64,000 nt of DNA from Malacoraja senta. Its lineage: Eukaryota. Every line of letters starts with the position of its first letter. The stretch's first letter is position 1. The translations under genes and the position numbers were made by a program. Below are positions 1 to 11,499 of this stretch, one piece after another. Under the pieces are notes generated by a model. The model searched no databases and was not told the origin of the DNA. It saw only the letters and a list, made by a program, of their open reading frames with translations. The stretch spans positions 250,001 to 314,000 of the forward strand of contig CM075992.1 in the NCBI GenBank assembly GCA_038087875.1, in the 5' to 3' direction.

Positions 1-468
1 TGGGGTCATGCTGGAGGTGGCGAAAATGACGGAGGACTATTTTTTTGTATGTGACGGCTAGTGGGGTGAAAGGTGAGGACTAGGGGGACTCTGCCCTTGT
101 TACGAGTGGGGGGATGAGGAGAGAGAGCAGTGTTGCGGGGTATTGAAGAGACCCTGGTGTGAGCATCATCTATAGTGGAGGAGGGGAACCCCCGTTCCCT
201 GAAGAATGAGGACATCTCCGATGCCCTGGTGTGGAACACCTCATCCTGGTAGCAGATGCGGCGTAGACGGAGGAATTCTGAATAGCGGATGGAGTCCTTA
301 CAGGAAGCAGGGTGGGAGGAAGTGTAGTCTAGATAGCCATGGGAGTCAGTGGGTTTATAGTGAATGTCAGTCAGAAGTCTATCCCCTGCGATGGAGATAG
401 TGAGGTCAAGAAATGGTAGAGAAGTGTCGGAAATGGTCCAGGTGTATTTAAGTGCTGGATGGAAGTTA
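1..468 (-). mobile_element. Penelope-like element (PLE) fragment, C-terminal RT/linker region
   Basis: The minus strand translates to KDSIRYSEFLRLRRICYQDE and then SEMSSFFRERGFPSSTID...RVPLVLTFHP (ORF 6..239). These resemble the YSQFLRLRRIC and PLVLTYHP motifs of vertebrate PLEs. Truncated by the window start. Confidence 0.85.
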
Positions 469-2566
469 GGATAAATTAGAATAAAAGTTAGATGCCGGAA
501 AAATTAATCTCTGTTTGACTGCACTCCACCCACTCGACCTCCTTGTCCCTTTTGTCCAAAACTTTACATATCTTTTCCTGATGGTTGAACCATCTACCAA
601 TGAGAACAGGTCCCCTCTGTTCCTCTCTCTGAACCTAGTCTACCTCCTTCTCATCTCTTTGTTATCTTCTCTGCTCCCAGGTGAACAACACCACCTTCTC
701 CAATCTGAACCTCGGAGCTGAAATCCCTCATCCCTGAAATGGTTGTGGTAAATCTCAGCACCCCCTCTCACGCCTTTGTATCCTTCATGAGGAATAGGTT
801 CTATTTGTTCACCTCCCTGCTATTATGCTTCATGCCTCTGTCTGAGAATCCTAGGATTACACACCACCTCGCAACATGCTCTGCCACTTCCAGCGATCAT
901 GCTCGATGAACCCAGCTCTCTCTCTTCCTACACTCTTCCTCACAACAATTATCTGCCGATTGCATCAATTCACACTTCTCTGTATTAGATCTCATCTCCC
1001 CCCTGTCTGCCCATTCACTGGTTGTCCACGCCTCTCTGCAATGTATCACTTATCTCAGTATTACCACATTCCCAATGTTTGCAGATGCAACATTGAAGGT
1101 TGACAATGTAAAGCATTAGATATCATTTTCTGACATCATTGGGCCAATCATTTCATTCTGTAGTGCAAAACTGAACTATTTATTTTCTAATAGCACAGAT
1201 GTCAAATCTTCCAGGTTTACGTTGCTGCACATTAACAAACTCTCTGCTATTTGAATGTAACATGTCAATATATATTAGGCACCTTGGTGCCACATTACTG
1301 TACTTACTTCTAATAAAATTAAAATATTAAAAAAAAACTCTGCTATTTGAACTTTAACATTTTTTTTAAAGAGCGGCAGCTGACATTTTCAAATTGCTTC
1401 ACCCTCAGGCCCTGCTCAGAATCGAGCCACGAGCTGATGATCCTAAACTCACTCCCACTTCCCATCAGATGAACCGCAGGCAGGCTGACTTCACATGAAA
1501 CACGGTCACTTAACAAGGAGATGTTTGTAGCTCCAGTACAGCCCAGGCTGCTCACTGGGGCAGACACAGACACACATGTCCTCCCGCACCCCTTGCTCAC
1601 CACTGCCCAGTGTCAGAGGTTATGAGGAGAAGGCATGATGGGCTGAAGATCTTATGATCTTAAGCCCATCCTCCCAGCGGCTAATCCTATCCCAGTATTT
1701 CCATTTACAAACAATGTCATGCCCACCAACCTCTGGATGCTCCTCCACTCCTCCAACCCCCAGAGACCCCTGCCTTCCTCCAGCTCAGCGCTGTGCTCCA
1801 GCGCTCCACTGTTGGCAGCTGTTCAGAGGCCAAAGTCCAAACTCTGGAAGCAGAATCATGGACAACTCCCTCGGCCTGCTGAGTCCAGCGATCACTGAGC
1901 ACCCTGCAGTAATCACGTTGTTCCCCCTCACTCTGTGATCACATCACTCACTGACACACTTGGGACCATTGACAGTGGCCAATCAACATGTTAACATGGA
2001 TAGGTTTGGGATGTGGGCCAAATGTATGAAAATGCGATTAGCTTAGATGGGACATCTTGGCATGGAATGTGTTGGGCTGAAGGGCCTGTTTCTGTGCTGT
2101 GCTGTATCTATGACACTAAGATAAGAGAGCTAAACAAGTTCTTCATGCTTTATGCTGGGCAGGCATCCTGCATTGTGACAGCTCGATGCAGGTTGATGCA
2201 GGTTGATGCAAACACTTCTAAATGTCTTTTTATTTTTATTTTTGTTTTAAAATAGGTGCAGCAGTAGGCCATTCGGCCCTTCGAGCCTGCACCACCATTC
2301 AATATGATCATGGCTGATCATGTCATTCACAGCGTTTTGATGCTTTAGATTTGGATACCAGGAGCAATCTGTTTGGCCTACATGATTTGTTGTGGATGGG
2401 TCCAGCCCTCTAGCTGGGGTCTAGGTCCACATCTCGTGCATGAAGCCCACCCTCCAACAATCCCATCGTCCACCCTAGCTCACAGCCTCCCCCTGCTCTC
2501 CGCACCTCCACCCCAATGGCCCATGTCCACCCTCGCCACCACCACCAAAAGCTGCTTCAGATACAA

Positions 2567-2652
2567 AATGCTGGAGTAACTCAGTGGGACAGGCAGCATC
2601 TCTAGATGGAAGGAATTGGTAATGTTTTGGGTCGAGACCCTCTTCAGACTGA
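2567..2652 (-). mobile_element. PLE terminal-repeat fragment (representative of about 20 copies)
   Basis: tgctggagtaactcag...ggcagcatctct...gggtcgagaccc..cttcagact is the reverse complement of the sequence downstream of the PLE ORF at 25163-25563. Similar copies lie near 4230, 6470, 16055, 18340, 21360, 23700, 24665, 30600, 31155, 38790, 42480, 46295, 46930, 48870, 53870, 54140, 57540, 58765, 61558 and 62440. Confidence 0.75.
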
Positions 2653-3667
2653 TGCCTTGCATTCTGCACTTCCCTCCCACGGCCGTTTGCCTCCCCGCCT
2701 CAACCTCTTCTATGGAAATCCACCTTCACATTTACGTCTTCCACATGACTCTGCTAGTCCTCCAGAATCTTTTGTCACACCTCTGCAAACATCCTTGGAG
2801 CTGTTTTGTGTGTTGAGAGCACAGAAGCATTTCTGTCTCCCACTCAACACGTTTCACCATCACATTCTGATACAAGCTCAATGCTTTCATTCTCAGCACG
2901 GAAATTGCATGTTAAATATTCTTCACTATAATCATCCCCAGCATCCCTGCATCATATTCTGTATGATCATGAGGGAACGCAGTGCTGTCAAGTAAGGCTT
3001 ATTATCGGAGACACAAGAAACTGCAGGTTCTGGAATCTGGATCAAGGAATCAATTGTGGATGGACTCAGTGGGTCAAGCAGTGTCCGTGGTGGCAAAGTG
3101 ATGGGCAACATCTCAGGTCTTGAAACGTCTATGCTCCCTGTGTCTCCACAGATACTGAGGCAGCTGCACTACCCACTGCACCTTTGTCTTACTCTTTGAT
3201 CAAAGGTAGAATCCTGAGTTTTGCAGCCACAGGGCCACCCTGTGACCTATCCGTAACAAAGACATGCAATAATTAATGGCCCTGCTCATTTCATAGGACA
3301 TTGACCCCAGAATGTGACACTAGTCCACCTCACGTGACAGACCGTTCAGGGTTAGGGGCGAGATGAGTGCAGGAAGGGGCAAAGCTCCCAGAAACTCAAG
3401 CCTTGACAACCAGAAGCTCAGCGGCCATTGGTGGCCGAACAAGCCCCAAATGGGAGAAATCCCAGATTGTTTGCAGGGATGCAACTGGAGAGCGTTTTGG
3501 GTGAGTGAGGATGGAATCTCTGAAGGAATCTGAAGCTTTGTTTTGTTCATGCACGGTGACCATTGGTGGCGAGGACAATATTCAACGTCCATCCTTCTGT
3601 GCCCATGAATCGACAGCCCCTGGCCCATTTCACAGGGCAGTTAGTGGTTAATCATGTGGTGACCCAA

Positions 3668-3810
3668 GAGTATGTGGTACAGGGCTGGGATCATGGGTGA
3701 CACTGGAGTGTGTGGTACAGGGCTGGGATCACAGTGATCCAAGAGTGTGTGGTACAGGGCTGGGATCACGGTGACACTGGAGTGTGTGGTACAGGGCTGG
3801 GTTCATGGTG
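3668..3810. repeat. Short tandem repeat, about 37-bp unit, about 4 copies
   Basis: gagtgtgtggtacagggctgggatcacggtgacactg repeated with variants. Confidence 0.85.
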
Positions 3811-4789
3811 GAGAGACATTGTCCCATCACAACCGCTGGCACTCCAAGTCTCGGTCCCCACCAACCCCGCCAGACAAGGAGGTCTGAGTAACAACATATC
3901 TGTCTCTATGCTCGCGAGTCGCTCCTTGAATCCCAAGCTGGGATCAGAGACACTCTCAGCTTAGTGGGGCTTCCTGACCAATATATGAGGAATTAGAGAG
4001 GAAGGTAGCAATAGCCTTGGGCAGCATGGACGAGGTGGGCTGAAGGGCCTGTTTCTGTGCTGTATGACTCAATGACTCGTCTGACCCAGGGTGAATGAAC
4101 ACAAACCATAGGGAATGATTTAGTGAGCGAACAGGTCCAAGGGTATTTTGACGTCAGACAATAAAGATCTATCTTGCCTGTAACTTCTACTCATTGAAAA
4201 ATAGCTCAATAAACCTGAAGGAACCAAATGTGAAAGCTGGAGGAACTCAGCGGGGCAGGCAGCATCTCTGGAGAAAAGGAATGGGTGATGTTTTGGGTGG
4301 AGACCCTTCTTCAGACTGAGGGAGACAAGAGATATAGACGGTGATGTAGAGAGATATAGGACAAAACCAAAAAACTAACGATGATATGGAGACAGGCCAT
4401 TGGTCGTTTCTGTGTCATATGTGGGTAGAAGATGTCCTTGGAGTTGTCACCACTCTGCCTGTTACCACTAACTGCGCTCACATTCAGATGTTCCCCAATC
4501 TGCCCATCCTTCTGGCACTAACTAACCTTGCTAGACAAAGACAAATGACAGGCTTCTTTAAGTAGCATGTTTAATCCTCTGTGACTTCTCCAACAGCTCT
4601 CCCTCTGTGCTATGATACTATTCCAGGGATTCTGGTCACCATGGGGACTCCTTAAACATGTGGTGTCTTCACCCACGGTTGCCATTGGAGATCTACGTCG
4701 GAGCTCTTTAAATGAGAAGCCGCAAACTCTCAGGCTGACCCCAGAAGTTGCCGGTCAGTCAGAGCACTGTGTGTCCAGTGCCCAGTGCC

Positions 4790-5055
4790 CAGCCCAGCCC
4801 CCCAGACTGCAGGCTGACCATTCAGACCAGCCCAGCCCAGGCTGCACCGTCCAGACCAGCCCAGCCCAGGCTGCAGACTGACCATCCAGCCCAGCCCAGC
4901 CCGGACTGCACTGTCCAGCCCCCCAGACTGCAGACTGACCATCCAGCTCAGCCCCCCAGACTGCAGACTGACTGTCCAGCCCAGCCCAGCCCAGGCTGCA
5001 CCGTCCAGACCAGCACAGCCCAGGCTGCAGACTGACCATCCAGCCCAGCCCAGCT
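4790..5055. repeat. CCAGC-rich minisatellite
   Basis: Iterated ccagcccagcccaggctgcagactgaccat blocks; explains the ORFs at 4612-5165. Confidence 0.9.
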
Positions 5056-5056
5056 G

Positions 5057-5432
5057 AAACATATAAGATTAAGGGTTTGGACACGCTAGAGGCAGGAAAC
5101 ATGTTCCTGATGTTGGGGGGAGTCCAGAACCAGGGGCCACAGTTTAAGAATAAGGGGTCAGCCATTTAGAACGGAGATGAGGAAATACTTTTTCTCACAG
5201 AGAGTTGTGAGTCTGTGGAATTCTCTGCCTCAGAGGGCGGTGGAGGCAGGTTCTCTGGATGCTTTCAAGAGAGAGCTAGATGGAGCTCTTAAAGATAGTG
5301 GAGTCAAAGGATATGGGGAGAAGGCAGGAACGGGGTACTGATTGTGGATGATCAGCCATGATCACATTGAATTGTGGTGCTGGCTCGAAGGGCCAAATGG
5401 CCTACTCCTGCACCCATTGTGTATTGTCTATT
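5057..5432 (+). mobile_element. 5'-truncated CR1/HER1-type LINE 3' end
   Basis: Encodes the RT C-terminus (ESRTRGHSLRIRG...RVVSLWNSLPQ) plus the 3' UTR gggccaaatggcctactcctgc, matching the 3' end of the element at 9601-14643. Confidence 0.85.
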
Positions 5433-6644
5433 GACTGGATCCATCTTCACACTGCCTTAAGATATTGACAGCTTTGAAGATTCTACTCACAGAAAAAGCC
5501 TGGGCTTTTAAAAATCGCACAACGCATTGAAGCAGTTTGATAATGGCATCCTGCACCAGTTCCTGACGATCGCAGAGAGCTCTAATTAATTGGATGATCA
5601 TTTCAAAAGGGAACTCTTGCCCACTCACAAGATTGCAATCCTGACAAAGCCATGTTGCTCAGACAGACAGGTCACCAACAACATTGTGTTTCACACAGCG
5701 GAGCTTGGAAGAGATGTGGAGGAGAGTTCATTTTGTCAACACACAAACCAGCGAGCCCTGCATGTGGGCCGGGGCTGTAGACAGCTGACAGATTCCCCCT
5801 GTTCCTGACAAAGCCCCCACCTCATTCTCCAGCACTCCCCCGACCATCACACACAAAAACATTTGCCCAATTTACTCGTATAGATGGTGGGGAGAGGGGG
5901 GAGAGAGAGGCTTGGCAGGAATAAACTTTGCAATGAGAAGCAGAATGAGAAACGACCAACGATACGATTATCGAGGTGGAAAGGGAGGGAGCAGCCTCGT
6001 CCTTTATTGTGCAGTTTGATGAGGAATTTGAGGAGTATTTTCGGAGATGGGCATTTTAGACTTTGTTTTGTTTCAGTGCAAAAGCTTTTGCAAGATCAGA
6101 GGCAGCCATTTGTCACAGTGAGACTCCCTCAGGCTGGCTATCAATTATGCATGAGGCAGTGAAGCAAGTGTGGAGCAAGATAAACAGAAGGAGAGCAGAG
6201 CAGAGCCGAGCCACATCCCTGTGCCACCAATGTGACGCGTATTCACAGCAGCCAGCCGCATTGTCTATACAGACACCACATAGATCATTCACCAAGGCAC
6301 TGATTTAGTCCACGATTGCTGGGGAGATTTATCTTCCTCGCTCAGCACTGACTCACTAATACCAGCTCCCCTCCTCTTCATTTGCCAAAACACATTTACC
6401 CGTGGGAATTGGAAAGCATGGACATGCAGGGCTGAATGGCCTCCCTCAGTTGGTCCAGTCAGTCATTGCCTGAAGGTCTAACGAAGGGACCCGATCCAAA
6501 ACGCTGTCTGTCCATTCCCTTCACAGATGCTGCCTGACCCGCTGAGGTACTCCAGCACTTTGTGTTTTTGCTCAAGGTTCTAGCACCTGCAGTTCCTTGC
6601 CTTGTGTCTCCACGGCTGAACGGAACGGTTGGTTTTTGCTTCAA

Positions 6645-7235
6645 CAGACACACACACATGGACACACACAGATGGACACACACACATGGACACACACACA
6701 TGGACACAGATGGACACACACACATGGACACACACACACATGGACACACACACACATGGACACACACACACATGGACACACACACACATGGACACACACA
6801 CACATGGACACACACACACATGGACACACACACACATGGACACACACACACATGGACACACATGGACACACACACATGGACACACACACATGGACACACA
6901 CACATGGACACACACACATGGACACACACACATGGACACACACACATGGACACACATATAGAGAGATACACACACAGACACATACATTCACACATACACT
7001 CACACACATACCTATGCACCAACACACATATATACACACACGTACAGACACACAGACCCACACATGAATACACATATGGACACACACACACATGGACACA
7101 CACACACACAGGGAGACACGCACATACACTCACACAGACCCACCCACACACGAATACACATGTGGATACACATGTATGCACACACAAACACACATATACA
7201 TAGACACACACACACTCACACATGTGCACACAAAC
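6645..7235. repeat. Compound (CA)n/TGGA microsatellite
   Basis: catggacacacacaca iterations degrading into mixed CA repeats. Confidence 0.95.
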
Positions 7236-7787
7236 AGCGAGTGCAAAAGACAAAATAAATGGTAGGAGGGGAGAAGAATAGATCTCAAAAACAAAATAAG
7301 GCGTGTAAGAATAGAAAGAAGTGGAACAAGTAAGAAACAGAGGCATTCAAACAAAATACTAAGGATGTTCACAATTTGAAATAAAACCAGAACATGCTGT
7401 CAATGTTCAGCAAGTCAGACAGTACATGTGGGGAACGAGACAGTTTCTGGGAATAGGTGGAGATTTTTTTAAATATTTTAAGAAGCAAAAAAGGATGGAG
7501 AGGGAGTAGGGGTGAGGACAGGGTTATTTGTTGGCAGTGACAATAGACAATAGGTGCAGGACCAGGCCATTCGGCCCTTCAAGCCAGCACCGCCTTGTGT
7601 GACGGGGCCAAGAGTGCATGACAGGAATGGGTGGAAGTGCGATGCTCTTTGAGGGCAGTGATGGGGACAACACAATCACATCAGATTACCAGCAGGATTA
7701 CAGCAGCGCAGGGCTCTGCTGCTGGGAACATTGATCACTTGTAACTGTTGAACTCATCAGTGGGGCTGCAACACAGGAAGGCAGAGG

Positions 7788-8092
7788 GCGGTCACAGTGG
7801 CACAGCGGTAGAGTTGCTGCCTTACAACGAATACAGCGCCAGAGACCCGGGTTTGATCCCGACTGTCTGTACGGAGTTTGTACGTTCTTCCCGTGAACTG
7901 CGTGGGTTTTCTCCGAGATCTTCGGTTTCCTCCCACACTCCAAAGACGTACAGGTTTGTAGGTTAATTGGCTTGGCAAATGTAAAAATTGTCCCTAGTGG
8001 GTGTAGGACAGTGTTAATGTGCGGGGATCGCTGCTCGGCACGGACCCGGTGGGCCGAAGGGCCTGTTTCCACAGTGTATCTCTAAACTAAAC
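7788..8092 (+). mobile_element. tRNA-derived V-SINE (HE1-like)
   Basis: tRNA-like head with box A (gtggcacagcgg) and box B (gggtttgatccc), a V-domain (ggagtttgtacgttcttccc...ggtttcctcccacactccaaagac), a LINE-like tail gggccgaagggcctgtttcc, and a ctaaa repeat end. Confidence 0.85.
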
Positions 8093-8329
8093 CAAGATGC
8101 TTCACATTGACCTTGGTCAGAGCAGTTCAGGAGACAGGGAGCGGAGAGGAGGAGGAGGTGGGAATGAGATGGAAAGTCCAAGTGACAGGCAACAGAAATC
8201 CCTAGTTCACAATGTAAACGTCTCCATTCCTACTGGACGGGCGAGACAGTGGTGTAGAGGAGGGGTTCATATAGGGGGGGGTCATGGCAGCTGTGATCTG
8301 CAACATGGATAATGCATGATGGCACCCTT

Positions 8330-8785
8330 CCTGACACAGACACACAGGGACACGGACACGCAGGGACACGGACATGCCACAGGGACACACATGCACATGG
8401 ACACGCAGGGACATGCACAGGGACATGCCACAGAGACATGCATGCACACGGAAACACAGGGACACGGACATGCAGGGACACGGACACACAGGGACACGGA
8501 CATGCAGGGACACGGACACGCCACAGGGACACACATGCACATGGACACGCAGGGACATGCACAGGGACATGCCACAGAGACACGCATGCACACGGACACA
8601 CAGGCACACCCACAGAGACACGCATGCACACGGACATGCCACAGAGGCACACGGACACACAGGGACACGGACACGCAGGGACATGGACACGCCACAGAGA
8701 CACGCATGCACACGGACACACAGGGACACGCACAGGGACATGCGCAGGAGCCAGGCACGCACACGCGTGTCTCTGCGTGGCACAC
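8330..8785. repeat. GACAC/GGGAC-rich degenerate minisatellite
   Basis: Repeated acagggacacggacacgc / gggacatgccacagagac blocks; source of several spurious ORFs. Confidence 0.9.
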
Positions 8786-9424
8786 CCCAACCTGCAGCCG
8801 TTACAGTAAACATGCTGAGGGGTTCTGCTTCACCCACCAACAGCGATCAAAACACCTGTTGTATTTGCCAGTTCCACCACTACCCGTGTACATTATTTAT
8901 GTAGCAATTATAACAATAATTATATACAATAACAAATCCCAGCAAATCTTCTTGGATATGATCCATATTCCAAAATAATAATTATCTTGATCAAAACAGG
9001 GATTATAAAGAATTTGCTAAGACTGCTTCTGGAGTGCATTTTTATTAAACCCATCACAGAGTTGGTGTCCTAACCTGCGAAGGTGCAATGCATAACGGGT
9101 CTGCCCACGAGGTGCAATACAATGGCCAATTAATTCAGGCAAGAAAATGCAGTTTACAACAGGAAGCTTTAGTACTGCTTAAAGAGCTTAGCGCGTTTTA
9201 TTTCCTTGCCTGGCCAGACAAAGGAGCTGAAGAATAATTAAGAGATTAGCATTTCCAATTGTGAAAGACTGCAGAATGTTAATGCATGAACAGGGAAGGT
9301 TGGGAATCCTGTTCCATGCAGAGAGGATGTGGAAATCGTGGAGGAGTGGAGACCACAACACACAAGGTCAACGCACCTGTGCACGATCCCCCAATAGTCA
9401 TTGATTCTCAATTTCATTCAGCGT

Positions 9425-9600
9425 CTGACGGCACTGACTCTGTACTCACTGGAGTTTAGAAGGATGAGCAGGTTTCTCATTGAAACCTATGGAACAGTAA
9501 AATGTCTGGATAGAGTGGATGTGGAGAAGATGTTTCCACTTGTGGGAGAATCTAGGATCAGAGGTCACAGTTTCAGAATAAAAGGAAGTACCTTTAGGAA
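9425..9600 (+). mobile_element. Older CR1 3' fragment, 5' half (split by a younger CR1)
   Basis: Translates LYSLEFRRM...VEKMFPLVGESRIRGHSFRIKGSTFR; the continuation (gagatgaggaggaat...) resumes at about 14644. Confidence 0.75.
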
Positions 9601-9957
9601 GGGAAAACCGTTTAAAAAGAGCGCCAAAAAGCAGCCAGAGTTAGCCCAGAGCTTACGTGGATCTTGGACAAGCAGCAATAAAGAGAAGCAGGGAGAAGAG
9701 TTGGTTGGCTGAAGCCCGTGGGAGAGGTGAGTCAGAGGGGGAAAACAGTTTAAATGAGGAATTTGGTTTGTTAATTGGTTAAATAGGCAATTTATCAGTC
9801 AATATAAGCAAGGCTGCTCAAAGGGAGCGGCAGTGAGGGAAGTGCCTTGTGTGGGAAGTGTGAGTCTTCGGCGAGGAGGCTGCGGGAGGAGGCTGCGGGA
9901 GGAGGCTGCGGGACGAGGCCACACGAAACGCTGGAGAGGGAGAGACGAAAGAAGGAG

Positions 9958-11334
9958 ATGTCAAGCAAGCTGATTCAGTGTGATGCTTGCAGTATGTGGG
10001 AGCTCAAGGACACCGCTGGTGCCTCTGGCTGCTACAAATGTGAGAAGTGCATCCAGGTAGAGCTCCTGAAGGACCGTGTTGGGGAACTGGAGAAGCAAGT
10101 GGATGACCTCAGGTTCGTCCGAGAAGCTGAGTCATTCCTCGACGAGTCCTACAATAAAATTGTTACACCTAAGGTACTGGAAGAGAGAAACATAGAAACA
10201 TAGAAAATAGGTGCAGGAGTAGGCCATTCGGCCCTTCGAGCCTGCACCGCCATTAAATATGATCATGGCTGATCATCCAACTCAGACTCCTGTACCTGCC
10301 TTCTCTCCATACCCCCTGATACCTTTAGCCACAAGGGCCACATCTAACTCCCTCTTAAATATAGCCAATGAACTGGCCTCAACTACCTTCTGTGGCAGAG
10401 AATTCCACAGATTCAGCACTCTCTGTGTGAAAAATGTTTTTCTCATCTCGGTCCTAAAAGAGTTCCCCCTTATCCTTAAACTGTGACCCCTTGTTCTGGA
10501 CTTACCCAACATCGGGAACAATCTTCCTGCATCTAGCCTGTCCAACCCCTTAAGAATTTTGTAAATTTCTATAAGATCCCCCCTCAATCTTCTAAATTCT
10601 AGCGGGTACAAGCCAAGTCTATCCAGTCTTTCTTCATATGAAAGTTCTGACATCCCAGGAATCAGTCTGGTGAACCTGAAGATGGGTGATGGTGAGAAAG
10701 GGAAGGAAACATGGAATGCAAAAGTCCCCGGGTGTTGTACCTCTTGTGAACAGGTTCACCCACTTAGAAGCTGTCGGGACAGAAGACGTTATCACACTGA
10801 GTGGCGCACTGGCTTGCAATGCCGTGGTAGTTGGAGACTCCATTGTGAGAGGTACGGACGGGTTTCTGCGGCAACAGACGGGATTCGAGGATGGCGTGCT
10901 GCCTCCCTGGTGCCAGGATCCAGGATGTCATGGACAGAGTGCAGAAAATCCTCAAGGGCGAAGGTGAACAGCTGGAAGTGGTAGTGCATGTTGGCACAAA
11001 CGATGTCGGAAAGAAGGGGATGAATATTCTGAAGCGTGACTTTAGAGAGCTCGGAAAAGTGCTGAAAGGCAGGACCTCCAGGGTGGTTATCTCCGGTTTG
11101 CTTCCAGTTCCTCGTGCTGGCGAGAGCAGGGCCTGAATGTGTGGCTGAGGAACAGGACCTGAATGTGTGGCTGAGCAACTGGTGCAGGGGGCAGGGATTT
11201 AGATTCTAGACCACTGGGATTTGTTTTGGAGTAAGGGGGAACTGTACAAAAGGGACAGATTGCACCTTAACAGGTGGGGGACCAGCATTCTGGGAGGCAG
11301 GTTTGCCACTGCTACACAGGTGGTTTTAAACTAA
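9958..11334 (+). pseudogene. CR1 ORF1 (zinc-finger/leucine-zipper plus SGNH esterase), interrupted
   Basis: MSSKLIQCDAC...CYKCEKC...LEKQVDDLR (CxxC...CxxC plus coiled coil), then VVVGDSIVRG, CLPGARI, VHVGTND and DRLHL, which are SGNH/GDSL blocks. Interrupted by an inverted CR1, frameshifts and a ~26-bp duplication at about 11132-11180. Confidence 0.85.
10188..10677 (-). mobile_element. 5'-truncated CR1 inserted antisense in ORF1
   Basis: ORF 10282..10653 (LSYEERLDRLGLY...FTQRVLNLWNSLP) with a (catagaaa)n tail at 10188-10206; same subfamily as the 3' end at 53270-53763. Confidence 0.9.
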
Positions 11335-11499
11335 ATAAGGGGAGGGGGTGTCAAATGGGATAGTCAAGGACGGAGTTAAAGGGAAAGAGAGTAAAGGGAT
11401 AGTTAATGACCCCAGAATTAACGGGAAAGAAAGCTCACAAAGGGATAGGAGAGTATGGCCAAGTGTAATAGGGATCGATGTGAAAGGTGAGATGCGGAA

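Noticed and set aside
1409..1498. Possible terminal exon (cag|ALLRIEPRADDPKLTPTSHQMNRRQADFT*)
   Set aside because: Weak polypyrimidine tract, no recognisable protein and no supporting exon; could arise by chance.
6459..8978. Long His/Thr- or Cys/Val-rich ORFs (up to 295 aa)
   Set aside because: Open in most frames because they translate CA-type microsatellites; not genes.
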